From Macrostomum lignano (Eukaryota): a stretch of 64,000 nucleotides of DNA. Positions within the stretch are counted from its first letter, which is position 1. Each line of letters starts with the position of its first letter. The notes under the pieces were generated by a model. The model was not told the origin of the DNA. It searched no databases and saw only the letters and a program-made list of their open reading frames with translations. Both the position numbers and the translations under genes were made by a program. The stretch covers positions 124,001 to 188,000 of the forward strand of contig NIVC01000029.1 in NCBI GenBank assembly GCA_002269645.1. The letters are read 5' to 3'. Below are positions 1-12,255 of this stretch, piece after piece.

Positions 1-826
1 TTACTGAGATTAGAGGGTTACAGTGCTTGCTTTTAGCATGTACTTCTAATGCATGTACTCTTTTTGTATATACTCCTCTGATCCCCTTACAAAATTTCTT
101 TGAATACTTCTTAGAACTTCTTGTGCAAAATAAATGATTGATGCTTTATGAATCTGAAAATTGTTTTTAGTGAATACATTTGTAAGCATATAGCAAGCAA
201 ACAAGTTGAAAACCATTCCTAGAACTAAAGAATTGAAACCAGTATAGTAGATAGAAACCATCTAAAATTTGAGTAAATTTGCCTTAAATTTGAGCAATTC
301 TTTTAAACTTGTGTTGCAATTAAAAATTTAGTGTTTTATACCTGTTACTAGTGCTTAAGTTTCTTCTTACAAAGTATGTTCTTAAATTTTTGGAAATGCC
401 ATCAAGGCTACTAGCACCTAATGGTCAGCAAATTGCTCTGCAGCAGTACTATTCTGTCTGTTCCACTTGCCACAACAGCCAAGTAGCTGTAAACAACTGT
501 TTAATTAGATGCAGAGAGGTTTGGCTCAGCATAAAAAAGACATCTAATTGTAAAATTTACAATGACTTGCAAATTTTCTAACCCAGTGATCCTCAGCAGC
601 CTCCTCAATTTCTTTATTAATTCTTTGATATACGAAATTAAGGGATTTGTTTGACTTAACATTTTGCAAAATATTTGCTTCTTTAATTCTTTTTTAATAG
701 ATTTGTTTTTATAGACAAGGTTTCGAAGAAAAAAATATATGAAATTTGGCCATGAAATTTCCAGGCTTACAATATAATTTCAACTTCAAATTGCTAAAAA
801 TAAGCACTTTAAATGCTCAACTTCAG

Positions 827-2462
827 CAGCTAACTGTGCAGCTGCCACAGCTGGAATCCGGCAACCAAACGGGCTGCTGGAGTCTCATTGAATTGCAAGG
901 CAGTTTTGAAAGTCGCACTCTAGCCGAAGATAATCTCATTGATCAGGAAGAAAAACTTCGCGGCGGACTTATTGGCGATCTGCTGTTTAGTCGGCATTCT
1001 GGACAGCCTCTGCTTATTGTTGGTCACCATTTATTGCAGGTAATTAATTAATTAATGAGTTCTAGTAATAACTATCCTTACCTCGCTTGTCAAATGCTTA
1101 TTTATTGACATCACATACTAGAATAAGTATGTAAGATATGTCGCTTGCAAAAAATGCACTAGTCTACTTTTGTCAGTAGCAAATTTAGCGTTTTTGCCTT
1201 ACTAAAATTAAAAAATCCGTAAAGTCTACAGGATAATAAAGCTGAAAAAATCGCCATCGGCTTTCTAAAAGCAGACCCACTAATTTAGGCTGTAATTGAT
1301 TTCAACAGAAATAAATTCGATACTGAAGATTTCCTGAAAAATTGAAAAATCCAAATCCAGTGCGGGTGCATAGCGAGCAAAAGGGAAAAGGGGTGGCGCG
1401 GCGCGGCGCGGCACCCCGGTCCCCAGCCAGACCGATAAACAGTTTGGCTTTCCTCATGTCTGACTTTGATCTCTCTCCTTAATGCTCTCTCATTGGCTGA
1501 GCTAGATTGTGCCTGTCCCCTAGGCTGAGCTTCGTCCGTCTGACTCTGACCTCTCTCCTTACTGCTCTCTCATTGGCTGAGCTAGATTGGTCCTGCCCCC
1601 TAGGCTGAGCTTCGTCCGTCTGATTTTGACCTCTCTCCTTACTGCTCTCTCATTGGCTGAGCTAGATTGGTCCTGCCCCTAGGCTGAGCTTCGTCCGTCT
1701 GATTTTGACCTCTCTCCTTACTGCTCTCTCATTGGCTGAGCTAGATTGGTCCTGCCCCCTAGGCTGAGCTTCGTCCGTCTGATTTTGACCTCTCTCCTTA
1801 CTGCTCTCTCATTGGCTGAGCTAGATTGGTCCTGCCCCCTAGGCTGAGCTTCGTCCGTCTGATTTTGACCTCTCTCCTTACTGCTCTCTCATTGGCTGAG
1901 CTAGATTGGTCCTGCCCCCTAGGCTGAGCTTCGTCCGTCTGATTTTGACCTCTCTCCTTACTTCTCTCTCATTGGCTGAGCTAGATTGGTCCTGCCCCCC
2001 CTAGGCTGAGCTTCGTCCGTCTGATTTTAACCTCTCTCCTTACTGCTCTCTCATTGGCCGAGCTGAATGGGCCTGCCCTAGGCTTTATCTAACCCGAATG
2101 CTTGTTTATCTTGAACCCGAGGAAGGAAAGGAAATTTTAGCTGTCCCATTAAATTTAAGTAACAAGGCGCAGAAAAACTACTGAAAAAAGAATAGACGCG
2201 CTGCTTTTTTAGTTAAATAATTGTGAGAGATTTATCTTCTAGCTAATCTTAATCTAGAATTTGTGATTGACATTTAAAATTAACTAGAATATTTGTAATA
2301 AATTTCATTTTTTTCTTAATTCCCTTAATTCAGGGCAAATCGGTGCCGCTTGAGAAGCCACTGGCTGTGATTCGCGGCAATCAAATTGTTGGCGTCATAC
2401 GAAACAAGCTGGTTTTTCGCGACCGGCCTAAGCCAATTATCGCATCCGTTACTAAGCGTTAA
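827..2462 (+). CDS. CHTF8: Chromosome transmission fidelity protein 8 (CTF8), 2 coding exons: ~827-1039 and 2334-2462
   Basis: Spliced translation ...WSLIELQGSFE...GGLIGDLLFSRHSGQPLLIVGHHLLQ|GKSVPLEKPLAVI...IRNKLVFRDRPKPII matches the Ctf8 family pattern (W.L.ELQG, LIVGHH.L.GK...LEKP, K..F..RPKPII). GT at 1040, AG at 2332-2333, phase 0. Start uncertain: in-frame ATG at 752, or acceptor AG at 825-826. Confidence 0.9.
1458..2080. repeat. ~80-bp minisatellite, ~8 copies, in the CTF8 intron
   Basis: The TGA(T/C)T(T/C)TGA(C/T)CTCTCTCCTT anchor recurs at 1461, 1541, 1621, 1700, 1780, 1860, 1940 and ~2022. Confidence 0.95.
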
Positions 2463-2522
2463 TTTATTTTTCTATTTTATATAATAGATTTAATCAATTT
2501 TTCTTATCGCCTCATCGTCAAG

Positions 2523-3627
2523 CTGGCATCCGCGCTAGTAGCTTATAGTAGCGGCAGCGAGAGCGAAGGCGATGCTCCCGAGGCTGCTGAGGCAGTGAAA
2601 AATTATAAAAGTACAAAACAAAAATCGAGCGAAATTTCAGGCGACAGTGATGGAGACTTTGATGATGCCAAATATGATGATGGTAAGGGAGATGTGTTTT
2701 TTTTGCTTTTCATATTTTCTAAATTTTATGTTCTGGGTGTGAAATTCAAAATTTCGACTCTACGGCCCTCAGAGTCATTATAAAAGCGCCCCAGAGTTGT
2801 TGCAGATAACACAGGTAAAATGGAAAAAGAACTATTGAAAAAAGTATCGTCCTTTTACTTTGGTAGCTAAATGTACATTGGATAAATTTACTCGTGAATA
2901 TCAAGTAGTCTAAGTTATTAAATATGTTCAACATTCCTCCCCAGAGCACAACTCAGACACTGCAACAGCTGAAGATGAGGAAAGCAAATCAACGGAAGAG
3001 AAACGAAGCAGCAAACTTATTAGCGGCAGCAACAGTTTTGGTCTGATTCAGTCTGCCTCTGACCATAGCAACAGCCCCAGCGACGAGGACACAGACGACA
3101 ATCAAAGCGACGGATTCGTTGAAATAGACGTCGAACTCGAAGACAGTGAATTGGATAGTACAGACTTGAAGCAGCAAAACAGCAATCGGCAGCAGCAACA
3201 AGCCAGTAGTTCCTCGAATCTATTGCCAAGTTTTGCGGCCGCATCAGCTGAGCACGAATCCATATTTGTAACCGAGTACCATAAAGCCGAGCGTAAGAAG
3301 TTAGCCGTATTAGCGCATCACGTGACCCCGATAGAAGCGGCAACTAATTCCGCTAGCAGAAGCAGCGGTTTAAAACGGATACCGCTGTGCAGACGCTTCC
3401 TATCTGGTCGATGCGATCGGGGGCACCGCTGTCCGTACAGTCACAGCGAGGAGGCCAAAGAGCGGGCTCTGGTGGTGCGCAAGCCGTCAGCGGAGAACCC
3501 AGCTGCTGACGGAGACAACAGGATGGCTAGGAAACGAGGCCACGCCGGGGTTACTGACAGCCTAGCTCCGGCTAAAAGATCACTGGCGGTGCTTGGGCCA
3601 CAGCTGGGCTTGCGCGGTAATAAATGA
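2523..3627 (+). CDS. Acidic/Ser-rich protein with one CCCH zinc finger; exons 2523-2682 and 2945-3627; no in-frame ATG before the finger
   Basis: Exon 1 reads LASALVAYSSGSESEGD...; GT at 2683 and AG at 2943-2944 join in phase 1 (G|AG). CRRFLSGRCDRGHRCPYSH is C-x7-C-x5-C-x3-H. Confidence 0.75.
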
Positions 3628-4673
3628 CAACAAAGCTTCAGTCTGTCTAGTTGTGGCGATTCATACCCTTGCATAAGCTAAAGCTCAAACTAAGACGCAA
3701 TGTTTCTGCACGTCATTGCTAAATATGGTCTGTAGCTATCCTTACGGATACCCGTTGTCCTTTATCTTCAGCTATGCCGATTTCTATGTAACGTTTTAAT
3801 ATCATTTTCTAATAACACGTATTGTGCATTTTCTCTCTGTATACGCGAAGCCCCCTATTGTTGCATCATTTTAGGACCTGTCAAATTTATTGGCTATCAA
3901 TTATAGGTACAAAATATAACGTTATTTCTAATTATTATTAACCACTAACTCGGCTATGTAAGTAGTATAATACCAATCGCTAAATATGATCTTCAATGAA
4001 AAGTTACACTAAAAATATTTCATTTATCAGCCCTAATGCGTACTTTACTAAGTTCTACCCAGGATTCATTTGCGGTTCATTTGGATTCAAAGCAGTATAA
4101 AAGGACTCGAATGATCTAAACCTAAATAGCAGAAATCTTTTGACAAAGAAAATAAAGTATTGTAGCTAAAATCCATGCAAACAGTATACTAGTAGCATTT
4201 CCCAAATTCCCTGAAAACTTGAAAAAGTTTACGGGCTCGTAGAAGCATTGACTCAGGCTACTAACTCAAGTTACAAAGCCCAGAAATATTGTTAATAGCC
4301 GCAGGGTGCAGCTATACTCTAACTAGCTAACTTAAAAGCCAAAATTGTAACTAAAGCCTAATTTTTTTAAAGTCGTGCTGTTTATTGGAAACGAGTTTTT
4401 CACTCAAATAAATGATTGTGTCATATCGTTAAAGACAATTTATCACAAACAAGCACAATTATGAAACTAAAAGGATTGCTACATAATATGAGGTCAACAA
4501 TAAGTAAAACGATATAATCAAATAAATTGACAATGTAACAAAATATAACAAAAAAATTTAAACAAGACTTGTTTGCTTGTATTGAATATTTGCCGTTATT
4601 TACAACTCAGTTTAAATATCAAAGCAGTCAGTCGCACTTGTTAAACAGTTTCACAAGAGCTGCGCGCCCACAA

Positions 4674-5520
4674 TCAGTTGAGTGTGCTTTTCTTCTTTCT
4701 CTGAAAGATGTATAACATGTAGGTGTACAATATTTAATTTTACCACCTAACAGCTTCAGCTACGCGCTAACCGAGATCAACTTTGCTTAACTTAAAAGAA
4801 AGTGATCATTTAGCCTTACCGTCTTCTCCTTAGAACTGTCCGACAGGGCCATGGTCAACAAACCGATCGCCACGGCAGGACGTGGTCCGCATCCTGTGGA
4901 CGCCAACGTTCCAACAGTTGTCCGCCAGCAGATTGTAGTCGCTGCCGCAGTAGTCGAACAGGTCCTCCAGTGTGACGCTCGGTTGAACACTTCGCTTTCC
5001 TGATATGCATCCAGTCGTGAGTGTCGCGTCTGGAAATTTCTACAATGCGACATTCGCCTTCGCGATACCTAACTGGATAGTCGATGTCAAAGTCTGCTGA
5101 CGCCTGCAAAGTGCGCGTTGTATTTTAATAATCTCACTTGGATGCTTCAGTGTTACTCTCGAAGTGGAAAACTATACAGCCTACATCTAAAAGTGCAGAA
5201 CAGCCCAACACCAAAGCCAAGAGGGGAGCCGTAGCTCACTGGTCTAGCGCTGCAATCCTTATGTGCCAGCGATCCAGTCTCGATTCCAAGTGCAGTCACA
5301 TTAATTTTTGGGGCTAAATTAGAATCTCACCTTGGCTCTGCTCCCGCAATTAACGCCCTTTAGAGCCTGCTGCTTCGTGAACAAACCCGAATAAGGTGAC
5401 CGACTTGCCTCCCTTGCCGTTCAGAGGCCGGTTGTACAGGTCAAGACTGATCACAATCTGCTGCTGCAGGTCCACACTGGAGTGTTTTCGTCTGAACTCT
5501 CTTGTCGGTTTGGCTGCCAT
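4674..5520 (-). pseudogene. Inverted, frameshifted paralogue (copy 0) of the LRAT/PLAAT-like family
   Basis: ATG at 5520 reads MAAKPTREFRRKHSSVDL...GFVHEAA and is cut by a SINE at ~5367. Exon 2 fragments (RYREGECRIVEI, VTLEDLFDYCGSDYNLLADNCWN, ALSDSSKEKT) lie in different frames. Basic tail exon 4700-4674 (RKKKSTLN*). Confidence 0.8.
5222..5367 (+). mobile_element. tRNA-derived SINE, 5' head only
   Basis: GCCGTAGCTCACTGG (A box) and TCTCGATTCC (B-box-like); matches the heads of the 13.1 kb and 63.2 kb copies. Confidence 0.8.
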
Positions 5521-6745
5521 CGCTGGTTGACTGAGAGCTCTCAGATGATTTAAAGTTTGACATTTCTAAATATATAGACATTAAACTCTCAGCAAAGTTA
5601 TGTAATACTCTTAAAATGATTTTTCGTCGCTATTGCTGTTACGCTCGTAAATGAGTGGCCGATTTTCATACACAACGGGAATACCTGCCTTCTGCACCGT
5701 GTAACCTTAAAAGCGATTGCATAATATCATACTGCACTACTCTCGCCGCATATTATGAAGTTTTCTTACTGAACTTGCACCCGTTAACCTACCTACTGTC
5801 ATCTCGTATAACAACTTGCGCAACAGATGAACTATTTTAGATGCATGAATATGAGTATAATAAGATCTTAGAGATTTAGTATATTGTGAATGTTTCCTAC
5901 AGAAGTTTGATTTTATAACTCAAAAGCGTAAAATATTTTTAGAATTATTTTCATGGTGAGTAACGTTCATTAAAAAGCATTTTTACTTTGAAAATTCTCA
6001 GGGCTTTAGTGCGGTCCTCTATATGCATATGGCGCCCTGGTGCTTATACTCGTACGACTACATCTAAAATTAATTTCTTGACACGCACAAAATAATCCAA
6101 AAAACTCCTGACAGTCGCCCAATCGAAAGTAGTATCAGTAACTAAGGGTCTTTTAATCGTATCTGTGGTCCATTTTCTGAAGAGTATTGCAAAACGTTTT
6201 GAAATACATTAAACCCGTTTTTAATAAAGCCATGAATTTTCACTTAATACTAGGCGCGAGTCTGTTATCTTTTTTTCTATTATCAAACGAATGTCTATGT
6301 TGATTCAAACATGTCAGATTATAACATTTACTGTGCTAGCACATCTGACATAGGCGAGTAGGTTAGGTTTATGTGCTTTACGAAGCACGAACATATTGCT
6401 TGCTCTCTTTCTTCTGTCTGTCTGTCTGTATGTACGAGCGTAAATGTACGCGAACAATGTACTCCAATGAAATTTCTTGACTTTCGTCTCCTTGTCTGCT
6501 TTTCTCGATCTGAATATGCATGTAGCTTTATGTGCATATGTACTATTTTTAGTGCTAGTGTACGTACACTATCTAACAGCGGCGACTCCTCTTCCATGGG
6601 GGGTGGTTCTACTGTGTAAAAGGGAACTAAAAGCATACAATTTCCAGGCGATATTGACTAGAAAAGCACAAACTAACACAGCTTTCCGCTTTCAATCTTC
6701 AGAGAAAAAGAACCATAACATATTGAACTCGATATTACATATCCG

Positions 6746-8592
6746 ATGGCGGACAAGAAGAAACGAGAGCTTCATCGAAAGCACTGCGGCATCGATCTAG
6801 ACCAAGTGGTCATTAAAGTAGACATTTACAAGCGACCATTGTATTCTGTGGGCAGCAAGTCTGGTGCCGTTCTCGGCTTTGTTCACGAAGCAGCTGTTGC
6901 TACCACTGAGAACGGTGGACTCTATCTCATTGAGAAGGGTGAGTTTCAGGTATCATAGCTTACGCTCGTAGTTTAGAAACGAGTTCTCAGATATTTTAGT
7001 CGCATCAATAAGATTAGAAACTTTATTTGGTTTAGCTTTGAATAAACCAGTTTGGGCTTATGGTTGTTCAAATGTTTGACCCAACCCAAAAGACCATTAA
7101 TATGATACACTAATATATTAATTTACGTGCATTATGGCCTTTTTGACCCACTACGAGTAAATGTAGCACTGATACAGTACTTGATTTACTTGCTTTAACT
7201 CATTTAAGCAATCAATATGGAGCACTACCTAGCTTAAAATACAAAATGACGAAATGGAGCACAATTAACGTCTTTTGATGAACAGCTTTCAAACGATGTA
7301 TTGTCTGGTTACAAAAAATGATTTCGTCAAATTCAGTCTTCATAATTATATTATAGAATACGAGTGTTACGTCCAGATACCACTGTAGATTCTAGTGCTC
7401 CCTCCTTGCTAAATTTATTGCTGTAACACCTCCGGCTCCAGGTGTCTCGCCCAACGACGACATCAACTTTCCCGCCAGATACAGAGAAGGCGAATGCCGA
7501 ATTGTTGAAATCACTCGAAAAGACATTCGCGATTGGAAACTAATCCGGCCAGTTGGTAAGGTCGATTCCGGCATCACTCTGGAGGACTTGTTCGACTCGT
7601 GCGGCAGCGACTACGGACTGGCTACCGATAACTGCTGGAACGGTACGCATCGGATTCGAGCCAAGTGCAACCCGGATGAGGACGGCATGACCTGGCAGGA
7701 AAAAGGAGCCGTAGGAGTTGGAGTTGGAGTTGGAATTGCCGCAGCCGTAGGGATCTTGGCTTTTGCTCTGTCTGGGAATTCTAAAGAGGTGAGACTTCAC
7801 AGGGGACAGGATGTAGAACCCATTATAGAGCCTTGAGGTCACATGAAATCCCATCATCATTCATTTAATCCCCTGGAAGTTTAATGATTCCAATGATTGG
7901 ATGGGACGCCAACGGTGTTTCTTTCTTTCTTACTTTTAATTCTTCCACCTTTGGCTCGCTTTTGATGTGGGGTCTTTTGATGTTCTTTAGTCGCACCAGA
8001 TGGACATAATCCTGTCCGTTCTTAACGGCCTTGAGAGCCAACCCCCCAAGGCGCAGTGAAGTGTACATGCCTAACGATAAATAAAGTTAGGGCCACTGTA
8101 CACTCCTGTGTGAGTGTGTGCCTGCGTACGTATCCGCGCGCTTGTATGCCTGCTCAGGGGAGTCGGTGGAATGGGCAGTGATGCCTCTCGCCGGTTGTGT
8201 GCCTATGTCGCTTAAAGTGCGCCAGGGTGCGCACAACCCCCCTGCCTCTAATAAAAAAAATAAATCCTGCCCGTTCTCGTCGTGTGCGTCACGAAGGCGG
8301 GCTCTGTCTTCATCAAACACTTGTCCAATCTAAATCATCTCTTTCACCGATTTCTTTTGCATCTCCCCATTATTTAATCGTCGTCCACGGAACTTACTGG
8401 TATTTGTTGTCAGCTTGAGATGGGAGTCTGATGAAGATTGATACAGTACACTAAAAAAGCGTGCAAAATGTTTTGCTGAATTTTTCAGGTTCATGAAGTG
8501 ACACCTGGCATATATTTATTGCTAATAATATATTTCACAAGCTATACGCTCTTACCAATTTGAATTTTCAGAAGGAAAAAGCCAAGCAGTGA
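6746..8592 (+). CDS. LRAT/PLAAT/PPPDE-like permuted papain-fold protein, copy A; exons 6746-6938, 7442-7788, 8572-8592; 186 aa
   Basis: GT-AG phases are consistent (561 nt). Motifs GFVHEAAV (His) and DYGLATDNCWN (Y-x-L-x-x-x-N-C); C-terminal hydrophobic stretch GAVGVGVGVGIAAAVGILAFAL followed by a basic tail. Gene model is well supported; the family call is motif-based. Confidence 0.75.
8021..8262 (+). mobile_element. SINE, 3' part with A-tail, in intron 2 of copy A
   Basis: Reverse complement of part of the 13130-13360 SINE body; ends CCCTGCCTCTAATAAAAAAAA. Confidence 0.85.
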
Positions 8593-9769
8593 TCAGCTTG
8601 CGGTTTAGCAGATCAAATTGCTCGGAGGATCAACACGCTTAGCTGCAAACTTGTGCCAGTTTCGGTCTCTGAAGTGATATCGAGCGACTCCTCTGTCTTA
8701 TATGTATAGTGCATGTGTAATCTAATACTGACATGACTATGCGATGCATATTTCACATTAGTAAATCCTCCGTTCGTTGTGTTTTTTTTGTTTTTTCTCT
8801 ATTATTGATACTAAAAAAGCGCCAACGCACCGCATCTCGTGCTATATTGGTTATTAATCGCTCAAAAATTGCATCCTTACTTATCTGACAAGAAAACCAA
8901 CGATGGACTGCCGTTAACTGCCTTGTTTGCAAAAATGATCTTGTAATATTTTACCTTTCACAATATTTCAATTTTCAAAGATGTCAGCCGATTTTGATTT
9001 TAAATAAACGATTCATTTCAAAAATATTACGCAAAGCAGATATTGGAGAAATGACGCATTGAATATCAAGAATAAAAAACAGAATGCTCTTTAAAAAAGT
9101 TTACCCAGCTCGTACCATTGATTCTCCTGAAAGATCCCATAATAATGAATGGGTAAGCATCGCCAGATTTAATGCGTTTAATCAATATCTGATTAAAATG
9201 CAATCCGTAACATATTGCGATCTTTTCTTTGATACAAAATAGGGAATCCCATTGGTCTAAAATTCTCTAACAGAAGAACTAAAAAATTAAAGAACTACAT
9301 GTACGTATGCAACTTGTTGTTGGAAAGCTTCTCACACAGGATTACAGAATCCAAGTCGAAAGACCTTCAAAGTGAGAGAGAGATATATGAGGGTAATTGT
9401 GTGTATCTCAGTTTCCTTTAAACTCTGAGAAAGCATCCACTCCATGGCTGTTCTGATTGGCGGGAGGTAGGGAGGCATGAAACCTTGGTGAGCAATGGTT
9501 TCCTTAAGATTTTATCCGAGCACAATAAAAATGTACTTGGCACATTACATAGCAGGGGACAATTCAGTCCCGTAATCTGTTTTGTTTTAACCGAGCAAAG
9601 AGCAAGCGGGAGCAAAGTCCTTGGTGTCCACGCGTGACCCTAGTATGAACTCATTGTTGCTGATGGCTGCTTCAAAAGGCGGGGAAGTGATACTCAAAAC
9701 TTTTAGTTCGAAACTTAGCAAAAATATGACTTCGTATGTATTTTATAATTGCGGGAGGGCAAGTGCTTC

Positions 9770-12255
9770 TCTTCTTCTCTCTCCTCTCTGCCACCTCTTT
9801 CCTTCTCTCTCCTTTCCCTGCCGCCTCTCCTTTTTCCTTCTCCCTGCCGCCTCTCCTTTTTCCTTCTCCCTGCCGCCTCTCCTTCTTTTTCCTTCTCCCT
9901 GCCGCCTCTCCTTCTTTTTCCTTCTCCCTGCCGCCTCTCCTTCTTTTTCCTTCTCCCTGCCGCCTCTCCTTCTTTTTTCTTCTCCGTGCCGCCTCTCCTT
10001 CTTTTTCCTTCTCCCTGCCGCCTCTCCTTCTTTTTCCTTCTCCCTGCCGCCTCTCCTTCTTTTTCCTTCTCCCTGCCGCCTCTCCTTCTTTTTCCTTCTC
10101 CCTGCCGCCTCTCTCCTTCTCTCTGCCGCCTCTCTCCTTCTCTCTGCCGCCTCTCTCCTTCTCTCTGCCGCCTCTCTCCTTCTCCCTGCCGCCTCTCTCC
10201 TTCTCTCTGCCGCCTCTCTCCTCCCTGCCGCCTCTCTCCTTCTCTCTGCCGCCTCTCTCCTTCTTTTTCCTTCTCCCTGCCGCCTCTCCTTCTTTTTCCT
10301 TCTCCCTGCCGCCTCTCCTTCTTTTTCCTTCTCCCTGCCGCCTCTCCTTTTTCCTTCTCCCTGCCGCCTCTCCTTCTTTTTCCTTCTCCTTGCCGCCTCT
10401 CTCCTTCTCTCTGCCGCCTCTCTCCTTCTCTCTGCCGCCTCTCTCCTTCTCTCTGCCGCCTCTCTCCTTCTCCCTGCCGCCTCTCTCCTTCTCCCTGCCG
10501 CCTCTCCTTCTTTTTCCTTCTCCGTGCCGCCTCTCCTTCTTTTTCCTTCTCCCTGCCGCCTCTCCTTCTTTTTCCTTCTCCCTGCCGCCTCTCTCCTTCT
10601 CTCTGCCGCCTCTCTCCTTCTCTCTGCCGCCTCTCTCCTTCTCCCTGCCGCCTCTCTCCTTCTCTCTGCCGCCTCTCTCCTTCTTTTTCCTTCTCCCTGC
10701 CGCCTCTCCTTCTTTTTCCTTCTCCCTGCCGCCTCTCCTTCTTTTTCCTTCTCCCTGCCGCCTCTCTCCTTCTCTCTGCCGCCTCTCTCCTTCTCTCTGC
10801 CGCCTCTCTCCTTCTGTCTGCCGCCTCTCTCCTTCTCTCTGCCGCCTCTCTCCTTCTCCCTGCCGCCTCTCTCCTTCTCTCTGCCGCCTCTCTCCTCCCT
10901 GCCGCCTCTCTCCTTCTCTCTGCCGCCTCTCTCCTTCTTTTTCCTTCTCCCTGCCGCCTCTCCTTCTTTTTCCTTCTCCCTGCCGCCTCTCTCCTTCTCT
11001 CTGCCGCCTCTCTCCTTCTCTCTGCCGCCTCTCTCCTTCTCTCTGCCGCCTCTCTCCTTCTTTTTCCTTCTCCCTGCCGCCTCTCCTTTTTCCTTCTCCC
11101 TGCCGCCTCTCCTTCTTTTTCCTTCTCCCTGCCGCCTCTCTCCTTCTCTCTGCCGCCTCTCTCCTTCTCTCTGCCGCCTCTCTCCTTCTCTCTGCCGCCT
11201 CTCTCCTTCTCTCTGCCGCCTCTCTCCTTCTCCCTGCCGCCTCTCTCCTTCTCTCTGCCGCCTCTCTCCTCCCTGCCGCCTCTCTCCTTCTCTCTGCCGC
11301 CTCTCTCCTTCTTTTTCCTTCTCCCTGCCGCCTCTCCTTCTTTTTCCTTCTCCCTGCCGCCTCTCCTTCTTTTTCCTTCTCCCTGCCGCCTCTCCTTTTT
11401 CCTTCTCCCTGCCGCCTCTCCTTCTTTTTCCTTCTCCTTGCCGCCTCTCTCCTTCTCTCTGCCGCCTCTCTCCTTCTCTCTGCCGCCTCTCTCCTTCTCT
11501 CTGCCGCCTCTCTCCTTCTCTCTGCCGCCTCTCCTTCTTTTTCCTTCTCCCTGCCGCCTCTCCTTCTTTTTCCTTCTCCCTGCCGCCTCTCCTTCTTTTT
11601 CCTTCTCCCTGCCGCCTCTCCTTCTTTTTCCTTCTCCCTGCCGCCTCTCCTTCTTTTTCCTTCTCCCTGCCGCCTCTCCTTTTTCCTTCTCCTTGCCGCC
11701 TCTCTCCTTCTCTCTGCCGCCTCTCTCCTTCTCTCTGCCGCCTCTCTCCTTCTCTCTGCCGCCTCTCTCCTTCTCCCTGCCGCCTCTCTCCTTCTCTCTG
11801 CCGCCTCTCTCCTTCTTTTTCCTTCTCCCTGCCGCCTCTCCTTCTTTTTCCTTCTCCCTGCCGCCTCTCCTTCTTTTTCCTTCTCCCTGCCGCCTCTCCT
11901 TCTTTTTCCTTCTCCCTGCCGCCTCTCCTTCTTTTTCCTTCTCCCTGCCGCCTCTCCTTCTTTTTCCTTCTCCCTGCCGCCTCTCCTTTTTCCTTCTCCC
12001 TGCCGCCTCTCCTTCTTTTTCCTTCTCCCTGCCGCCTCTCTCCTTCTCTCTGCCGCCTCTCTCCTTCTCTCTGCCGCCTCTCTCCTTCTCTCTGCCGCCT
12101 CTCTCCTTCTCTCTGCCGCCTCTCTCCTCTCTGCCACCTCTCTCCTTCTCTCTCCTTCTTCCTGCCGCCTCTCCTTTTTTTGCCTTCTCCCTGCCGCCTC
12201 TCTCCTTCTCTCTGCCACCTCTCTCCTTCTCTCTGCCGTCTCTCTCCCCTCTCCT
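9770..12255. repeat. 2.5-kb pyrimidine-rich compound tandem array of ~21-bp and ~29-bp units
   Basis: Units CTCTCTGCCGCCTCTCTCCTT and CTCCCTGCCGCCTCTCCTTCTTTTTCCTT share the TGCCGCCTCTC core. Confidence 0.97.

Noticed and set aside
1-620. Short ORFs on both strands
   Set aside because: No recognisable motif; stops break the candidate frames.
6328-6636. 102-aa minus-strand ORF
   Set aside because: No motif or splice support; could be a transposon remnant but unsupported.
7381-7441. Upstream acceptor (TCTAG at 7394-7395) extending exon 2 of the array genes
   Set aside because: It gives a stop in copy A. The CTCCAG acceptor is in frame in all three copies and matches the pseudogene junction.
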